64,000 bases of DNA, taken from an uncultured Gemmatimonadales bacterium (lineage in GTDB: Bacteria; Gemmatimonadota; Gemmatimonadetes; Longimicrobiales; RSA9). This document shows, piece by piece, positions 29,181 to 40,019 of this stretch (position 1 is its first letter; each line of letters opens with the position of its first letter). The position numbers and the translations under genes are program-made. The notes below the pieces were generated by a model, which saw only the letters and a list, made by a program, of their open reading frames with translations, was not told the origin of the DNA and made no database searches. The stretch is taken from contig OY970192.1 of assembly GCA_963708135.1 (NCBI GenBank), positions 4,096,001 through 4,160,000 on the forward strand, in the 5' to 3' direction.

Positions 29181-30468
29181 CACGGGCGCACCGGAATCCG
29201 CTGAAGATCTGGCGCCGGATCGGGAAATCCCAGTTGCGGAAGGTGTTGCGGATGGCGCCCGAGCGCGTCGCCCACGAGCCACCCCGCAGCACCCGGTACT
29301 CGGCCCCGAAGAACGCCTCGGAGTACTCGCGGTAGGGGAAGCTCTGGAACCCCGGGTAGCCGCGGAACTCGCTGGCGGTCCACTCCCAGACGTCGCCGAT
29401 CATGCCGTGGCAGCCGATGGGGGAGACGCCACGCGGGTAGGCGCCGACAGGCGCGGTATCGAAGGCGAGCTGGTCGAGGTTGGCGCGAAGCGGAGTCGGT
29501 GCCGCGTCGCCCCACGGGTAGGCGCGCTTCTCCCCACGCTCCGGGTCCCACGAGGCCGCGGCCTCCCACTCGAGCTCCGTCGGGAGCCGCTTGCGCGCAA
29601 AGCGCGCATACGCCTCCGCCTCGTGGAAGCAGACGTGGCAGACGGGGCGCAGCGGGTCCAGCGGCCGACTCCGGTCCATGAAGCGCTCCCTCCAGCCGTC
29701 GGACGCATCGGTCCACCCCTTCGGCGCGCGGACCCCCGCCTCCTGCAGCCAGCCCCAGCCCGCCTCCGACCACAGCTCCCGGCGCCCGTAGCCGTCCGTG
29801 TCCATGAACTCCAGGTACTCGCCGTTGCTGACCGGAGCGGCATCGATCCAGAACGGGGGCAGCTCCACGCTGTGGCGCGGGCGCTCGTTGTCGTAGGCTG
29901 CCGTGCGGTCGTCGGTACCGATCTCGACCACGCCGCCCGGGAAGCGCACCATGGCACCGGACTCGAGAGAGAGGCGCCGGCCGGGCACGTCGCGCGTGCG
30001 GGGCGCGGCGTAGGGGATGCCCTGCTTCAGCTGGAGCGTCTGAAGGATCGTCTCGTCGTGCTGGTACTCGTGCTGCAGCACCATCTCGTAGACGTAGCCG
30101 CCGCGAAGCAGGGGCTCATCGGCCGCGAGGTCCACCGCGTCCAGCGCGTCGAGCACACGGCCGCGGATCTCCGCGAGAAGCGCCACCATCTCGACCTTTC
30201 CGGGCAGCGGCAGGCCGCCTCGGACGGCGCGCGGGTTCTCGAACGGGTTGTAGACGCCGGGCATCTCCACGAACTCGACCGGTCCGGCGAGGTTCCGCAC
30301 GAGCCAGAGCTCCTCGAAGTGCGCGATGTGACCGAGATCCCACAGGATCGGGCTCATGAGCACGTCGTGCTGGAGCCGCAGGTCCGGCTCCGTGAGGGCG
30401 GACACCAGCAGCAGGGTGCGCGTTCGCGCCTCCGTCAGGCGCTCTGCGATCCGGTCCCGCAGCTCCAT
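29173..30468 (-). CDS. egtB: ergothioneine sulfoxide synthase
   Basis: [19 protein letters not shown] (iron ligands), FGE-sulfatase domain, [19 protein letters not shown]. Confidence 0.92.
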   Translation of the reverse strand: MELRDRIAERLTEARTRTLLLVSALTEPDLRLQHDVLMSPILWDLGHIAHFEELWLVRNLAGPVEFVEMPGVYNPFENPRAVRGGLPLPGKVEMVALLAEIRGRVLDALDAVDLAADEPLLRGGYVYEMVLQHEYQHDETILQTLQLKQGIPYAAPRTRDVPGRRLSLESGAMVRFPGGVVEIGTDDRTAAYDNERPRHSVELPPFWIDAAPVSNGEYLEFMDTDGYGRRELWSEAGWGWLQEAGVRAPKGWTDASDGWRERFMDRSRPLDPLRPVCHVCFHEAEAYARFARKRLPTELEWEAAASWDPERGEKRAYPWGDAAPTPLRANLDQLAFDTAPVGAYPRGVSPIGCHGMIGDVWEWTASEFRGYPGFQSFPYREYSEAFFGAEYRVLRGGSWATRSGAIRNTFRNWDFPIRRQIFSGFRCARDV

Positions 30469-30670
30469 GCTCCTCCCCGTTCCACTGGTCGGCTCCGGAC
30501 CGGCAACCTACCCCGGTCCGCCGCCCGCGCAAACGCTTCGAGGCGTCGGGCGTCCCGAGCGGAACGCGCGGGCGCCGATGGCCGGTTCCCGCCCGACGCA
30601 ACCTTGGCGCCGGGCTGCGCGTGGCCCATCATGGACGCGTCCGGCAGCCCTCCCGAGGAGCGACACGCGC

Positions 30671-31432
30671 ATGGCCGAGCAGCCCGAGAACGGCGGTACC
30701 CCCGTGCTGGAGGCGCGGGGCGTCTCCCGCACGTACGGGAGAGTAGCCGCGCTCGACGGCGTGTCCCTCTCCGTCTCGCGGGGCGAGAGCGTCGCGCTCG
30801 TCGGGGAGAGCGGCGCGGGCAAGAGCACGCTTCTGCGCTGCTTCAACCGCATGGTCGAGCCGGACGCCGGCCAGGTGTTCGTGGACGGCACCGACGTCCG
30901 GGAGGCCGACCCGGTCGCGCTCCGTCGCCGCATCGGATACGTGCAGCAGGAGGGTGGGCTGCTCCCTCACTGGCGCGTGGGGCGGAACGTCGCACTGGTG
31001 CCCTGGCTCCGCCACGATCCCGCAGGCGCCGCCGCCGCCGCGCGCGCCCTCGACCTCGTCGGGCTGCCGGCCGCCGAGTTCGCCCGGCGCTGGCCCGCCG
31101 AGCTCTCCGGTGGGCAGCGGCAGCGGGTCGCGATCGCCCGCGCGCTCGCGGCCGAGCCGCGCATCGTGCTGCTCGACGAGCCGTTCGGCGCGCTGGACGC
31201 GCTCACCCGCGCCGAGCTGCAGGAGGCCTTCGCCGCGCTCCGCCGCGCCCTGGGCGTCACCACGCTGCTCGTCACCCACGACCTCCGCGAGGCCTTCCTG
31301 CTGGCCGACCGCATCGCCGTCCTGCGCGCCGGCCGGCTCGAGCAGGTGGGTACGCCGGAGGCGCTCCGGGCCGCGCCCGCAACGGACTACGTCCGCCGCC
31401 TGCTCGCCATGACGCGCGTGGGGGGCGCGTGA
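30671..31432 (+). CDS. ABC transporter ATPase (ProV/OpuBA family)
   Basis: [27 protein letters not shown] and [10 protein letters not shown]. Confidence 0.9.
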   Translation: MAEQPENGGTPVLEARGVSRTYGRVAALDGVSLSVSRGESVALVGESGAGKSTLLRCFNRMVEPDAGQVFVDGTDVREADPVALRRRIGYVQQEGGLLPHWRVGRNVALVPWLRHDPAGAAAAARALDLVGLPAAEFARRWPAELSGGQRQRVAIARALAAEPRIVLLDEPFGALDALTRAELQEAFAALRRALGVTTLLVTHDLREAFLLADRIAVLRAGRLEQVGTPEALRAAPATDYVRRLLAMTRVGGA

Positions 31433-33162
31433 GGGGTCGGCCCCGCCGCATGCTCACCGGCGCCGTGCTCGCCGCAGCGGCGGCCCTCGCCCCACGGCCC
31501 GCCGCGCCGGCCGCCTCCCGGCCGCCCACCGCCAGCCGCCCCACCGCGCGGACGCGGCCGCCAGGGGGACACGCGTCCGGCGCGCGCCGGCTCCAGGAGC
31601 CGGCGCCACCCGCGCGGGCGGCGGACCGTCCGATCGTGGTGGCCTCCAAGCCGTTCGGCGAGTCGTACCTGCTCGCTGAGATGTTCGCCCAGCTCCTGGA
31701 GCGGCGCGGCTTCACCGTGGACCGCCGGCCGGGGCTCGGCGCCACGGAGATCGCTTTCGGCGCGCTCCGCTCCGGCGCGATCAATGTATACCCGGAGTAC
31801 ACGGGCACGGGTCTCGTCGCCATCCTCGGCGAGCAGCCGGAGGGCGGGGCCACGGCCGTCTACCGCCGCGTAGCCACCGTCTTCCGCCGGCGCTGGGGCG
31901 TGCGCTGGCTGCCGCCGCTCGGCTTCGAGAACACCTACGCGATCGCCGTCCGCCGCGAGACGGCCGACCGCTTCGGGCTGCGCACGCTCTCCGACCTGGC
32001 GCGCGTGGCGCCCCGCCTCACCGCCGGCTTCACGCCCGACTTCATCGGCCGCGACGACGGGCTGCCCGGGCTCCGGCGCGCCTACGGCCTGCACTTCGGC
32101 GCCGTGCACTCGCTGCTTCAGGCGGTCAAGTACCGCGCGCTCGCGACGGGCAAGGTGGACGTCATCGACGGCTACTCCACGGACGGGCTCATCGCGCGCT
32201 ACCACCTGGTGGTGCTCGCCGACGACCGCCACTTCTTCCCGCCCTACCAGGCCGCCGCGCTCGTCGGCCGCGGGCTGGCCGCGAATGCCCGCGCCGTGGC
32301 GGCCCTGACCGAGCTCAGCGGCCGGCTCGACGAGGCCCGCGTCCGGGCGTGGAACGAGCGCATCGAGGTCCGCGGCGAGCCCGCCTCGCGGGTGGCGGCC
32401 GACGCACTCGCCGAGGCGGGGGTGTGGGGCTTCCTCGCTGCCGCGCCGCCCGCGGCGGGCGCGACCCCGCCCGGCGGAACGCCCGGCCCGGCGGCCGCAG
32501 CGAGACCGGCGGAGCGCGAGAGGGGCGCGGCGGGATTCGTCGCATACCTGTGGGAGCGCCGGGCAACGCTCCTCCGGCTGGCGCTGCGCCACCTCCTGCT
32601 CGTGGCGATCTCTCTCGCCGCGGCGATCGCGGTGGCGGTGCCGCTCGGACTGGCGCTCGAGCGGGCCCGGCGCGGCGCGGAAGCGGTGATCCGGGCGGCC
32701 GCGGCGCTGGAGACCGTGCCGGGCATCGCGCTGCTCGCCTTCATGATCCCGCTGCTCGGAATCGGCGTCGTGCCCGCGCTCGTCGCGCTGTTCCTCTACT
32801 CGATCTACCCGATCCTGCGCAACACCTACACCGGCGTGCGGGACGCGGCGCCGGAAGCGGTGCGCGCCGCCGAGGCCCTCGGCATGACGCCGCTCCAGCG
32901 CCTCCGCTACGTGCGGCTGCCGCTCGCCGCCCCCGTGATCATGGCGGGCATCCGCACCGCCGCCGTGCTGGACGTCGGGACCGCCACGCTCGCGGCCTTC
33001 ATCGGCGCGGGCGGCCTCGGCGATCCGATCGTGGCGGGACTCGCGCTCTCCGACACGCGCATGATCCTGTCCGGCGCGATCCCTGCGGCGCTGCTCGCGC
33101 TGCTCGTCGATGCCGTGCTCGCGCTGTGCGAGCGTGCCACGCGGCCAGGCGGGCTGGCGTGA
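31429..33162 (+). CDS. fused substrate-binding protein and permease, quaternary-ammonium (OpuBC/OpuBB-type) ABC importer
   Basis: [27 protein letters not shown] and DDRHFFPPY, followed by a permease with an EAA loop and [11 protein letters not shown]. Confidence 0.9.
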   Translation: MRGRPRRMLTGAVLAAAAALAPRPAAPAASRPPTASRPTARTRPPGGHASGARRLQEPAPPARAADRPIVVASKPFGESYLLAEMFAQLLERRGFTVDRRPGLGATEIAFGALRSGAINVYPEYTGTGLVAILGEQPEGGATAVYRRVATVFRRRWGVRWLPPLGFENTYAIAVRRETADRFGLRTLSDLARVAPRLTAGFTPDFIGRDDGLPGLRRAYGLHFGAVHSLLQAVKYRALATGKVDVIDGYSTDGLIARYHLVVLADDRHFFPPYQAAALVGRGLAANARAVAALTELSGRLDEARVRAWNERIEVRGEPASRVAADALAEAGVWGFLAAAPPAAGATPPGGTPGPAAAARPAERERGAAGFVAYLWERRATLLRLALRHLLLVAISLAAAIAVAVPLGLALERARRGAEAVIRAAAALETVPGIALLAFMIPLLGIGVVPALVALFLYSIYPILRNTYTGVRDAAPEAVRAAEALGMTPLQRLRYVRLPLAAPVIMAGIRTAAVLDVGTATLAAFIGAGGLGDPIVAGLALSDTRMILSGAIPAALLALLVDAVLALCERATRPGGLA

Positions 33163-33287
33163 CCCCGGGAAGCCGCGCCGTTGCTGCCGGCCCCCGGCCC
33201 CGGCAGATTCTTCGCCGGTGGGGCGTCGGCCCCGCTATCGACCATTTCGCGGCCCGAGCAGCGCGGCCGCTCCCCGGGGAGGATGAC

Positions 33288-34133
33288 GTGGAGGACCAGG
33301 ACCTGTTCCAGGAGGGCGTCCCCTACGGCCGTACCGTGGCCGAGCGCTTCGAGCGGCGCGTGCAGATGAACGTGCCGGACCGCCGCAACCCGAAGCTGCG
33401 CGGGTTCGTCGAGCGCGCCAACACGGATGACGAGCTGTACGCGCTCTGGCTCGCGGTCAACGTGAACGCGATCGAGCGGCTCGGGATGACCGACCACGGC
33501 CCCGTGCACGTGAAGATCGTCATGAACATCGCCGTGAAGCTGCTACGGCTGCTCGTGGATGCCGGCATCGAGCCGTCCGTGGTGAAGAACTACGGCCTCT
33601 CGAGCGGCGATGGCGAGGTGATCGTGGCCGCCGCCTCGCTGCTCCACGACCTCGGCATGTCCATCCACCGCGCCGACCACGAGGGCTACTCGCTCTTCAT
33701 CGCGCAGGAGAAGCTGCGCGGGCTCCTCAATGGTCTCTACGACGTGCCCACCGCCACGATCGTCCGCTCCGAGATCCTGCACGCGATCATCGCCCACCGC
33801 TCGGGCGGCAAGCCGCTCACCATCGAGGCGGGCGTAGTGCGGGTCGCCGATGCGCTCGACATGGCCAAGGGGCGCTCGCGCATCCCCTTCGAGGCCGGCT
33901 CGACCAGCATCCACTCGATCTCCGCCTCCGCCATCGAGGCGGTCCACATCGAGGCGGGCGAGTCGAAGCCCGTCCGCCTGCGCGTGGACATGTCGAACTC
34001 CGCCGGCGTCTTCCAGCTCGACCAGCTCTTCCGCGACAAGCTCGCCGGCAGCGGCCTCGAGGACTTCATCGAGCTCGAGGCCAAGCTCGAGGGCGAGGGC
34101 GAGCGCCGCCTGTTTCACGAGTTCCGGCTCTAG
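33288..34133 (+). CDS. HD-domain metal-dependent phosphohydrolase
   Basis: DHGPVH, LLHDLG, HAIIAH and VADALDM. Confidence 0.85.
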   Translation: MEDQDLFQEGVPYGRTVAERFERRVQMNVPDRRNPKLRGFVERANTDDELYALWLAVNVNAIERLGMTDHGPVHVKIVMNIAVKLLRLLVDAGIEPSVVKNYGLSSGDGEVIVAAASLLHDLGMSIHRADHEGYSLFIAQEKLRGLLNGLYDVPTATIVRSEILHAIIAHRSGGKPLTIEAGVVRVADALDMAKGRSRIPFEAGSTSIHSISASAIEAVHIEAGESKPVRLRVDMSNSAGVFQLDQLFRDKLAGSGLEDFIELEAKLEGEGERRLFHEFRL

Positions 34134-34232
34134 CCGCCACCCAACGCTGCCGGCGTCCCGCTTGTAGGATGCGTATCCGGCCGTGCGGCTCCCGTCGCCC
34201 GGCCCGCAGCACCGTGTCTCCGGAGAACGACC

Positions 34233-37200
34233 ATGCCCGCCGCCCCGGCGAGGTCCCGCTGGTCCGCCGCAGCCAGGTCCGGCCTCGCCCTCGCCGGCTG
34301 TACCGCCCTGCTGCTCCTTGCAGCCACCGGCACGCTGAGCGCCCAGAACGCGGACCTGATCACCGGCCGCATCGTCGATGACGCCGGACGCCCGGTGCCC
34401 GGGGCCCGCGTCACGGCGATGTCCATCGAGTCCGAGATCACCCGCTCGGTCCTGACCGACGCCAGCGGCCGCTACGTCATCGACTTCCCCGACGGCGGCG
34501 GGCGCTACGTGCTCCGCGTCTCCTTCCTCGGCATGGCCGACGTCACGCGTACCCTCGTCCGCGAGGGCAGCGAGGAGCTGCTGCTCGCCAACATCACCCT
34601 CTCCTCGGAGCCGATCACGCTCGACTCCCTCCGCGTCACGGCGCGCCGGCCCCCGCCCGGCCGAGGGAACGCCGGCGAGCGGTCCACGAGCCTCACGCAG
34701 GACATGCTCAACCGGCTGCCGCTGCCCGACCTGGATCCCAACACCCTCGCGCAGCTCGCCGCCGGCGTGGTCTCGACGCAGCTCGATTCGCTGAGCGGTC
34801 AGATGGGCTTCTCGGTGGCGGGCATGAGCGACATGCTGAACCAGGTCCTGCTCGACGGCATGATCCTCGGCGAGAGCGGGCTCCAGGTGCCGCAGGAGGG
34901 GATCCGCCGAACGCAGGTAACCACCAGCACCTTCGACGCATCGCGCGGCGGGTTCGCCGGCGGGCAGGTCTCGATGACCTCCGCCCGCGGCAACAACCGG
35001 CCCGGTGGCGCGCTCTCCTACCAGCTGAACAACAGCGCGCTGCAGCTCGGCTCCTCCTCCACCGTCAACGCCTTCACGCGCCAGAACCTCGGCGGCGCGT
35101 TCGGCGGGCCGGCGCTGCGCGATCGCCTCTTCTACAACGTCGCCTTCGGGCTCCAGCGAAACGTGGACCACCGGTTCGCCATCGCGCCCGGCGACCCGAC
35201 CGCCGCGCTGCGGGCCGGCGTGGCGCTCGACTCGATCGACCGCTTCATCACCGCGCTCGAGAGCTTCCAGGTCCCCGTCGCGCCCGACGGACGCTACGAC
35301 CAGCTGCGCGACCAGCTCTCGCTGCAGCTGCGCGCCGACTGGAACGCCGTCGAGCGGCAGTCTCAGGCGCATACCCTCTCGCTGCGCCTGAACACCTCGT
35401 CCAACGACCAGGACAGCACCCGCATCAACACCCTCGACCTCGCGCAGCACGGAGGCGACACCGGGGCGCACAACCGCGCCGCCGCCCTGACGCTCGACTC
35501 CCGCCTCGGCTCCACCCTCACGAGCGAGCTCGCCGCCTCCTACAACGAGGGTTGGAACGACGCCGTACCTTACGTTGCCATGCCCGAGGGGCGGGTCCGC
35601 GTCACGTCCCAGCTCCCGGACGCCACGGCCGGCACGCAGACGCTCGTCTTCGGCGGCAACCGCAACATGCCGACGGACGCGTACCGCAGGAACCTGCAGC
35701 TCTCCGAGGACCTCTCCTTCCTGCTGCCAATGGGCGCGGAGCTGCACCGGATCAAGCTCGGCGGGACGCTCCAGAAGAGCCGCAGCATCCAGCGCTCGAC
35801 GACCGATCTGCTCGGCTCCTTCACCTTCAACTCGATCGCGGACTTCGAGGCCGACCGGCCCGCGCGCTACGACCGCTCGCTCGCGCCACAGGACACGCGC
35901 ACGGGCACGTTCACCGGCGGGCTCTACCTCGGGGACACCTGGCGCGTGAGCGAGCCGCTCGAGATCACCGCCGGGCTGCGCTGGGACTACTCGCGCCTGG
36001 ACGACCGGCCGGCCCGGAACCCCGCTGTCGAGCAGGCCTTCCGCCGCCGTACGGACGTGGCGCCCGTCGCCTCCACGCTCAGCCCGCGCCTCGGCTTCAA
36101 CTACGTGCTCGGCAGCGGGGGCGGCCTGCGCAGCGGCCGCGTGCTGAGCGGCGGGATCGGGCTCTTCGCCGGGCAGCCGCCCACGAGCCTCTTCGCGACC
36201 GCCGTCCGCCAGACCGGGCTGCCGGGCACGGATGCCGTCCTGAGCTGCGTCGGCGGCGCCACGCCGATCCCGGACTGGGCCGCCTACATCACCGATCCGG
36301 CGACGATTCACACCGGCTGCGCCGGCGCCGCGAGCGATCCCGGGCCGCTCTCCTCCGTCGCGCCCACGGTGACGCTCATCGACCCCGCCCAGAAGCTCCC
36401 CACCTCGTTCCGCGCGCAGCTCGGTTACCTGGCGCCGCTGCCGCTGCGCATGACGGGCAGCCTGCAGTATGGCTACGCGCGCGGCCTCGGGCTCTGGGGC
36501 TTTCACGATCTCAACCTCGACGAGGGCCGCAGGTTCACGCTCGCCGACGAGGGACGCCCGTTCTTCGGCCAGCCGGCCGACATCGTGCCGGCTACGGGAC
36601 AGAGCATCCTCGCCGGCTCCCGCGTCGATGATGCGTTCGGCAACGTCTGGGATCTCCGCGCCGACCGCGCCTCCAGCGCGCACCAGCTCATCGCCCAGGT
36701 CTCCGGGATGCTGCCGCACGGCATCACGCTCGTCACGAACTACACGCTCGGCTTCGTGCGCGACCAGGGCTCCGGTTTCCGGCCGCCACCCACCGCCGGC
36801 GACCCGAACGCCGTCCAGTGGGCGCCGGCCGACAACGACCGCCGCCACACCCTCAACGTCACGCTCGCGAAAGCGCTCTCTCCCGAGGTCGAGATCGCCG
36901 CGCTCGGGCGCTTCTTCTCGGGCGCACCCTTCACGCCGATGGTCGGCAGCGACGTGAATGGCGACGGGGCCGCGGACGACCGCGCCTTCGTCTTCGACCC
37001 CGCCGCCGCGCGGGACACCGCGCTGGCCAACGGGATGAGCCGACTCCTCACCTCGCTGCCGGGGCGCACCCATGACTGCCTCGCCTCGCAGCTCGGCCGC
37101 ATCGCCGACCGCAACAGCTGCCGCGGCCCCTGGTCGGCCTCGCTCAACCTGCGCGCCAGCCTCCGGCCCGACCTGCCCCGGCTCCAGCGCCGCCTCACCG

Positions 37201-38450
37201 TCTCCGTCAATGCGCAGAACGTGCTGCAAGGGCTGGATCAGCTCCTCCACGGCGCCAACGGGCTCGCCGGCTGGGGCGAGACGCTCCGCCCCGACACCCG
37301 CCTGCTCAATGTGCGCGGGTTCGATCCCGCGGCGGGCGCCTTCCTCTACCAGGTGAACGAGGACTTCGGCCAGACGCGCCGCGGTCCCAGCGCGATCCGC
37401 AGCCCGTTCACCCTCCGGATCAACGCCCGCCTCACCGTCGGCGGAATCCCCTTCCTCAGCAACCGGGGCTTCGGCAACCCGCCGATGATCGCCTCCGACA
37501 TGGGCGGGGGAGAGGGCAGGCGCGGCGGCTTCGGCGGGCGGGGATTCGGCGCCGGCGGCCTCCCGGGCGGCGGCTTCGCCGGGGGCTTCGGGAGGTTCGG
37601 GGCCGCAGACACCGCCGCGATCAACCCGGACACGATTGCGGCGCACATGCTGTCGAACCCGCTCCGCGGCATCCTGGCGCTGCGTGATTCCCTCGAGCTT
37701 ACGCCCGTGCAGCTCGCCGGCATCACGGCCGTCTCGGACTCCCTCGAGACGCGACTCGACCTGCTGCGCGACAACCTCGCCCGAGCGCTCGCCCGCATCG
37801 ACCTCTCACCGCTGCGCCGGCAGGCCGCCGCCCGCGCCGTGGCTTCCCCGCTCGGCCGCGACTTCGGCGGCCGCGGGCCGGGCGGGCCGGGCGGGCCGGG
37901 TGCCGCGGCCCGAGAGACCATGCAGCGGCTCCAGCGCGCCGCGGCCCCCGCGCTCGACTCGGCACGCGCCGACATCGCGAGCGCCCTCGCCGCCACCCGC
38001 AAGCTGCTTCAGCCGGCACAGTGGGATGCGCTGCCGTTCGCCCTGCGCCTGCCCGCCGCGTCCGGAGCCGCTGCCGGCGGCCGCGGCTTCAATGCGCTCG
38101 GCCTCATCGACCGCATGCTGGCCAACCCGATCCCCGTGCTGCTCGAGCTCCGGGACACGATCGGGCTGAACACGGAACAGGTCGCCCGCATCCAGGCCAT
38201 CTCGGCGAAGCTCGATGCGAAGCTCGCCCGACAGCGGGAAGCACTCGGCCGCCGCTTCGACAACACCGCCGCTGCCGACCAGGGACGGCTCTTCTCCGAG
38301 ATCCAGCCCGCCATCCAGGCCACCCGTCAGGATGTCCTGAACGCGCTCCAGGACGTGCGGAAGGTGCTGACCCCGAAGCAGTGGCTCGAGCTGCCGCCCG
38401 AGGTGACGGCGCCCTTCCAGCGCCGGCCCGGCGGCCGCCGCGCCGGTTGA
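34233..38450 (+). CDS. TonB-dependent-receptor-like (Oar-type) outer membrane protein with C-terminal helical repeats
   Basis: Signal peptide, carboxypeptidase-regulatory-like domain, plug-like 'NQVLLDG...TSTFDASRGGFAGGQV', barrel strands 'YLGDTWRV..LEITAGLRWDY' and 'LSPRLGFNY', then a Gly-rich linker and two helical repeats. Confidence 0.8.
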   Translation: MPAAPARSRWSAAARSGLALAGCTALLLLAATGTLSAQNADLITGRIVDDAGRPVPGARVTAMSIESEITRSVLTDASGRYVIDFPDGGGRYVLRVSFLGMADVTRTLVREGSEELLLANITLSSEPITLDSLRVTARRPPPGRGNAGERSTSLTQDMLNRLPLPDLDPNTLAQLAAGVVSTQLDSLSGQMGFSVAGMSDMLNQVLLDGMILGESGLQVPQEGIRRTQVTTSTFDASRGGFAGGQVSMTSARGNNRPGGALSYQLNNSALQLGSSSTVNAFTRQNLGGAFGGPALRDRLFYNVAFGLQRNVDHRFAIAPGDPTAALRAGVALDSIDRFITALESFQVPVAPDGRYDQLRDQLSLQLRADWNAVERQSQAHTLSLRLNTSSNDQDSTRINTLDLAQHGGDTGAHNRAAALTLDSRLGSTLTSELAASYNEGWNDAVPYVAMPEGRVRVTSQLPDATAGTQTLVFGGNRNMPTDAYRRNLQLSEDLSFLLPMGAELHRIKLGGTLQKSRSIQRSTTDLLGSFTFNSIADFEADRPARYDRSLAPQDTRTGTFTGGLYLGDTWRVSEPLEITAGLRWDYSRLDDRPARNPAVEQAFRRRTDVAPVASTLSPRLGFNYVLGSGGGLRSGRVLSGGIGLFAGQPPTSLFATAVRQTGLPGTDAVLSCVGGATPIPDWAAYITDPATIHTGCAGAASDPGPLSSVAPTVTLIDPAQKLPTSFRAQLGYLAPLPLRMTGSLQYGYARGLGLWGFHDLNLDEGRRFTLADEGRPFFGQPADIVPATGQSILAGSRVDDAFGNVWDLRADRASSAHQLIAQVSGMLPHGITLVTNYTLGFVRDQGSGFRPPPTAGDPNAVQWAPADNDRRHTLNVTLAKALSPEVEIAALGRFFSGAPFTPMVGSDVNGDGAADDRAFVFDPAAARDTALANGMSRLLTSLPGRTHDCLASQLGRIADRNSCRGPWSASLNLRASLRPDLPRLQRRLTVSVNAQNVLQGLDQLLHGANGLAGWGETLRPDTRLLNVRGFDPAAGAFLYQVNEDFGQTRRGPSAIRSPFTLRINARLTVGGIPFLSNRGFGNPPMIASDMGGGEGRRGGFGGRGFGAGGLPGGGFAGGFGRFGAADTAAINPDTIAAHMLSNPLRGILALRDSLELTPVQLAGITAVSDSLETRLDLLRDNLARALARIDLSPLRRQAAARAVASPLGRDFGGRGPGGPGGPGAAARETMQRLQRAAAPALDSARADIASALAATRKLLQPAQWDALPFALRLPAASGAAAGGRGFNALGLIDRMLANPIPVLLELRDTIGLNTEQVARIQAISAKLDAKLARQREALGRRFDNTAAADQGRLFSEIQPAIQATRQDVLNALQDVRKVLTPKQWLELPPEVTAPFQRRPGGRRAG

Positions 38451-38600
38451 ACGGGACGCAGAGACCGGCGCGGCCGTTTCGTCCGGGCAACGCTCGGCGG
38501 GGCCGCCCCTCCGGGCGCGCGCGCCAACACCAACCACGGCTCGGCGCGCCCCCGGCGCGGACGGAGCGGCCGCGGCCGTTCTGCCGCGGCGCCCGCTGCG

Positions 38601-38629
38601 TTGCATTTCACCGCTCGTTTGAGTATCTT
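38601..38629 (+). promoter_or_regulatory. putative sigma70 promoter of DEAD-box helicase
   Basis: TTGCAT-17 nt-TATCTT. Confidence 0.5.
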
Positions 38630-38771
38630 TTCATCTGGGACAATGTGAGGCCGGGCAGCCGTATCGACCTGGATCCCGGGCGCCACTGGCGCCGGCCGGT
38701 CGGACGCGGTTCCCGGCCTCACGCGTGATGGCCACCTCGGATGGCGGCCGATACTCGTTTCAGGAGAACGT

Positions 38772-40010
38772 ATGACATTCAGGGAGCTCACGACGGCTCC
38801 GCATCTGCTGGAGGCGATCGAGGACCTGGGTTGGACGGAGCCGACGCCGATCCAGGAGAAGGCGATTCCGCTGGCACGGACCGGAAGAGACGTGGTCGGG
38901 ATCGCGCAGACGGGGACGGGCAAGACGGCGGCGTTTCTGCTTCCGGCGCTGGAGAAGCAGCTCGGCGCGGACGGCCTGTGCACTCTGGTGATCTGTCCCA
39001 CACGCGAGCTCGCGCAGCAGGTCGCGGCCGATGCGCGCGATCTCACGCGCCACACCGACCTCTGGGTCGGCGAGGTGATGGGCGGGATGCCGATGCGGCG
39101 GGAGGTCAGGGACCTGCGGGCCGGATTCGATGTGCTCGTCGCCACGCCCGGCCGGCTGCTGGATCACCTCGAGCGAGGCAACGTCCGGCTCGACGAGCTG
39201 CAGACGCTCGTGCTGGACGAGGCGGACCGGATGCTCGACATGGGGTTCCGCCCGCAGATCGAGGCGATCCTCGGATACGTGCCGAAGGTGCGCCAGACGC
39301 TGTTCTTCTCCGCCACGATGCCCAATGGTGTGCACGCGCTCGCGCTACGGATCCTGAACGATCCCGAATGGATCGCGGTGACGCCGCAGGCCACGGCGGC
39401 GGACGGGATCGAGCAGGTCGTGTACTCCGTGCGGCGCGAGCGGAAGCGGGATCTGCTGCTCGACCTGCTCTCCCAGCCCGACTGGGACCAGGTGCTCGTC
39501 TTCACGCGCACGAAGCACGGCGCCGACGTGCTGGGCGCGCAGCTCGCGGCGGCCGGCATCGAGGTCACGGTACTTCACGGGGACCGTGACATGCGGCAGC
39601 GGAAGGGCGCGCTGCACGAGTTTGCTGAGCGCAACGTGCGCGTGCTCGTGGCCACGGATGTGGCACAGCGCGGGCTGGACATCGAGGGGATCAGCCACGT
39701 CGTCAACTACGACACGCCGCGCGACCCCGAGGACTACATCCACCGCATCGGCCGGACCGGCCGGGCGGGCGCGACGGGAACGGCCGTCACGTTCATGACC
39801 GGCGGAGAGCTGGCGCAGGTACACGACATCGAGCGCCTGCTCGGCGAGCGCATCCAGCGCGTGTCGCTGCCGGAGTACGACTACGCGGGTGGCGGCGATG
39901 CTCCGATCCGCCCGTCGGTGCAGGTCAACCGGACCGGCAGCCGGCTCGGCTCGCGCCGGGCCGAGGAGCTCACGCCGGAGCAGCTCAAGGAGCTGCTGAA
40001 GGTCGGCTGA
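38772..40010 (+). CDS. DEAD-box RNA helicase (RhlE-like)
   Basis: Q motif PTPIQ, AQTGTGKT, PTRELA, TPGRL, DEAD, SAT and HRIGRTGR. Confidence 0.95.
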   Translation: MTFRELTTAPHLLEAIEDLGWTEPTPIQEKAIPLARTGRDVVGIAQTGTGKTAAFLLPALEKQLGADGLCTLVICPTRELAQQVAADARDLTRHTDLWVGEVMGGMPMRREVRDLRAGFDVLVATPGRLLDHLERGNVRLDELQTLVLDEADRMLDMGFRPQIEAILGYVPKVRQTLFFSATMPNGVHALALRILNDPEWIAVTPQATAADGIEQVVYSVRRERKRDLLLDLLSQPDWDQVLVFTRTKHGADVLGAQLAAAGIEVTVLHGDRDMRQRKGALHEFAERNVRVLVATDVAQRGLDIEGISHVVNYDTPRDPEDYIHRIGRTGRAGATGTAVTFMTGGELAQVHDIERLLGERIQRVSLPEYDYAGGGDAPIRPSVQVNRTGSRLGSRRAEELTPEQLKELLKVG

Positions 40011-40019
40011 GGCACCCCA

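Noticed and set aside
29173..30468. Selenoneine synthase SenA instead of EgtB
   Set aside because: No senB glycosyltransferase or selD/senC nearby; egtA and egtD context fits EgtB.
34111..34126. TGTTTCACGAGTTCCG as a third parS
   Set aside because: Only one half matches, it is not palindromic, and it lies inside a CDS.
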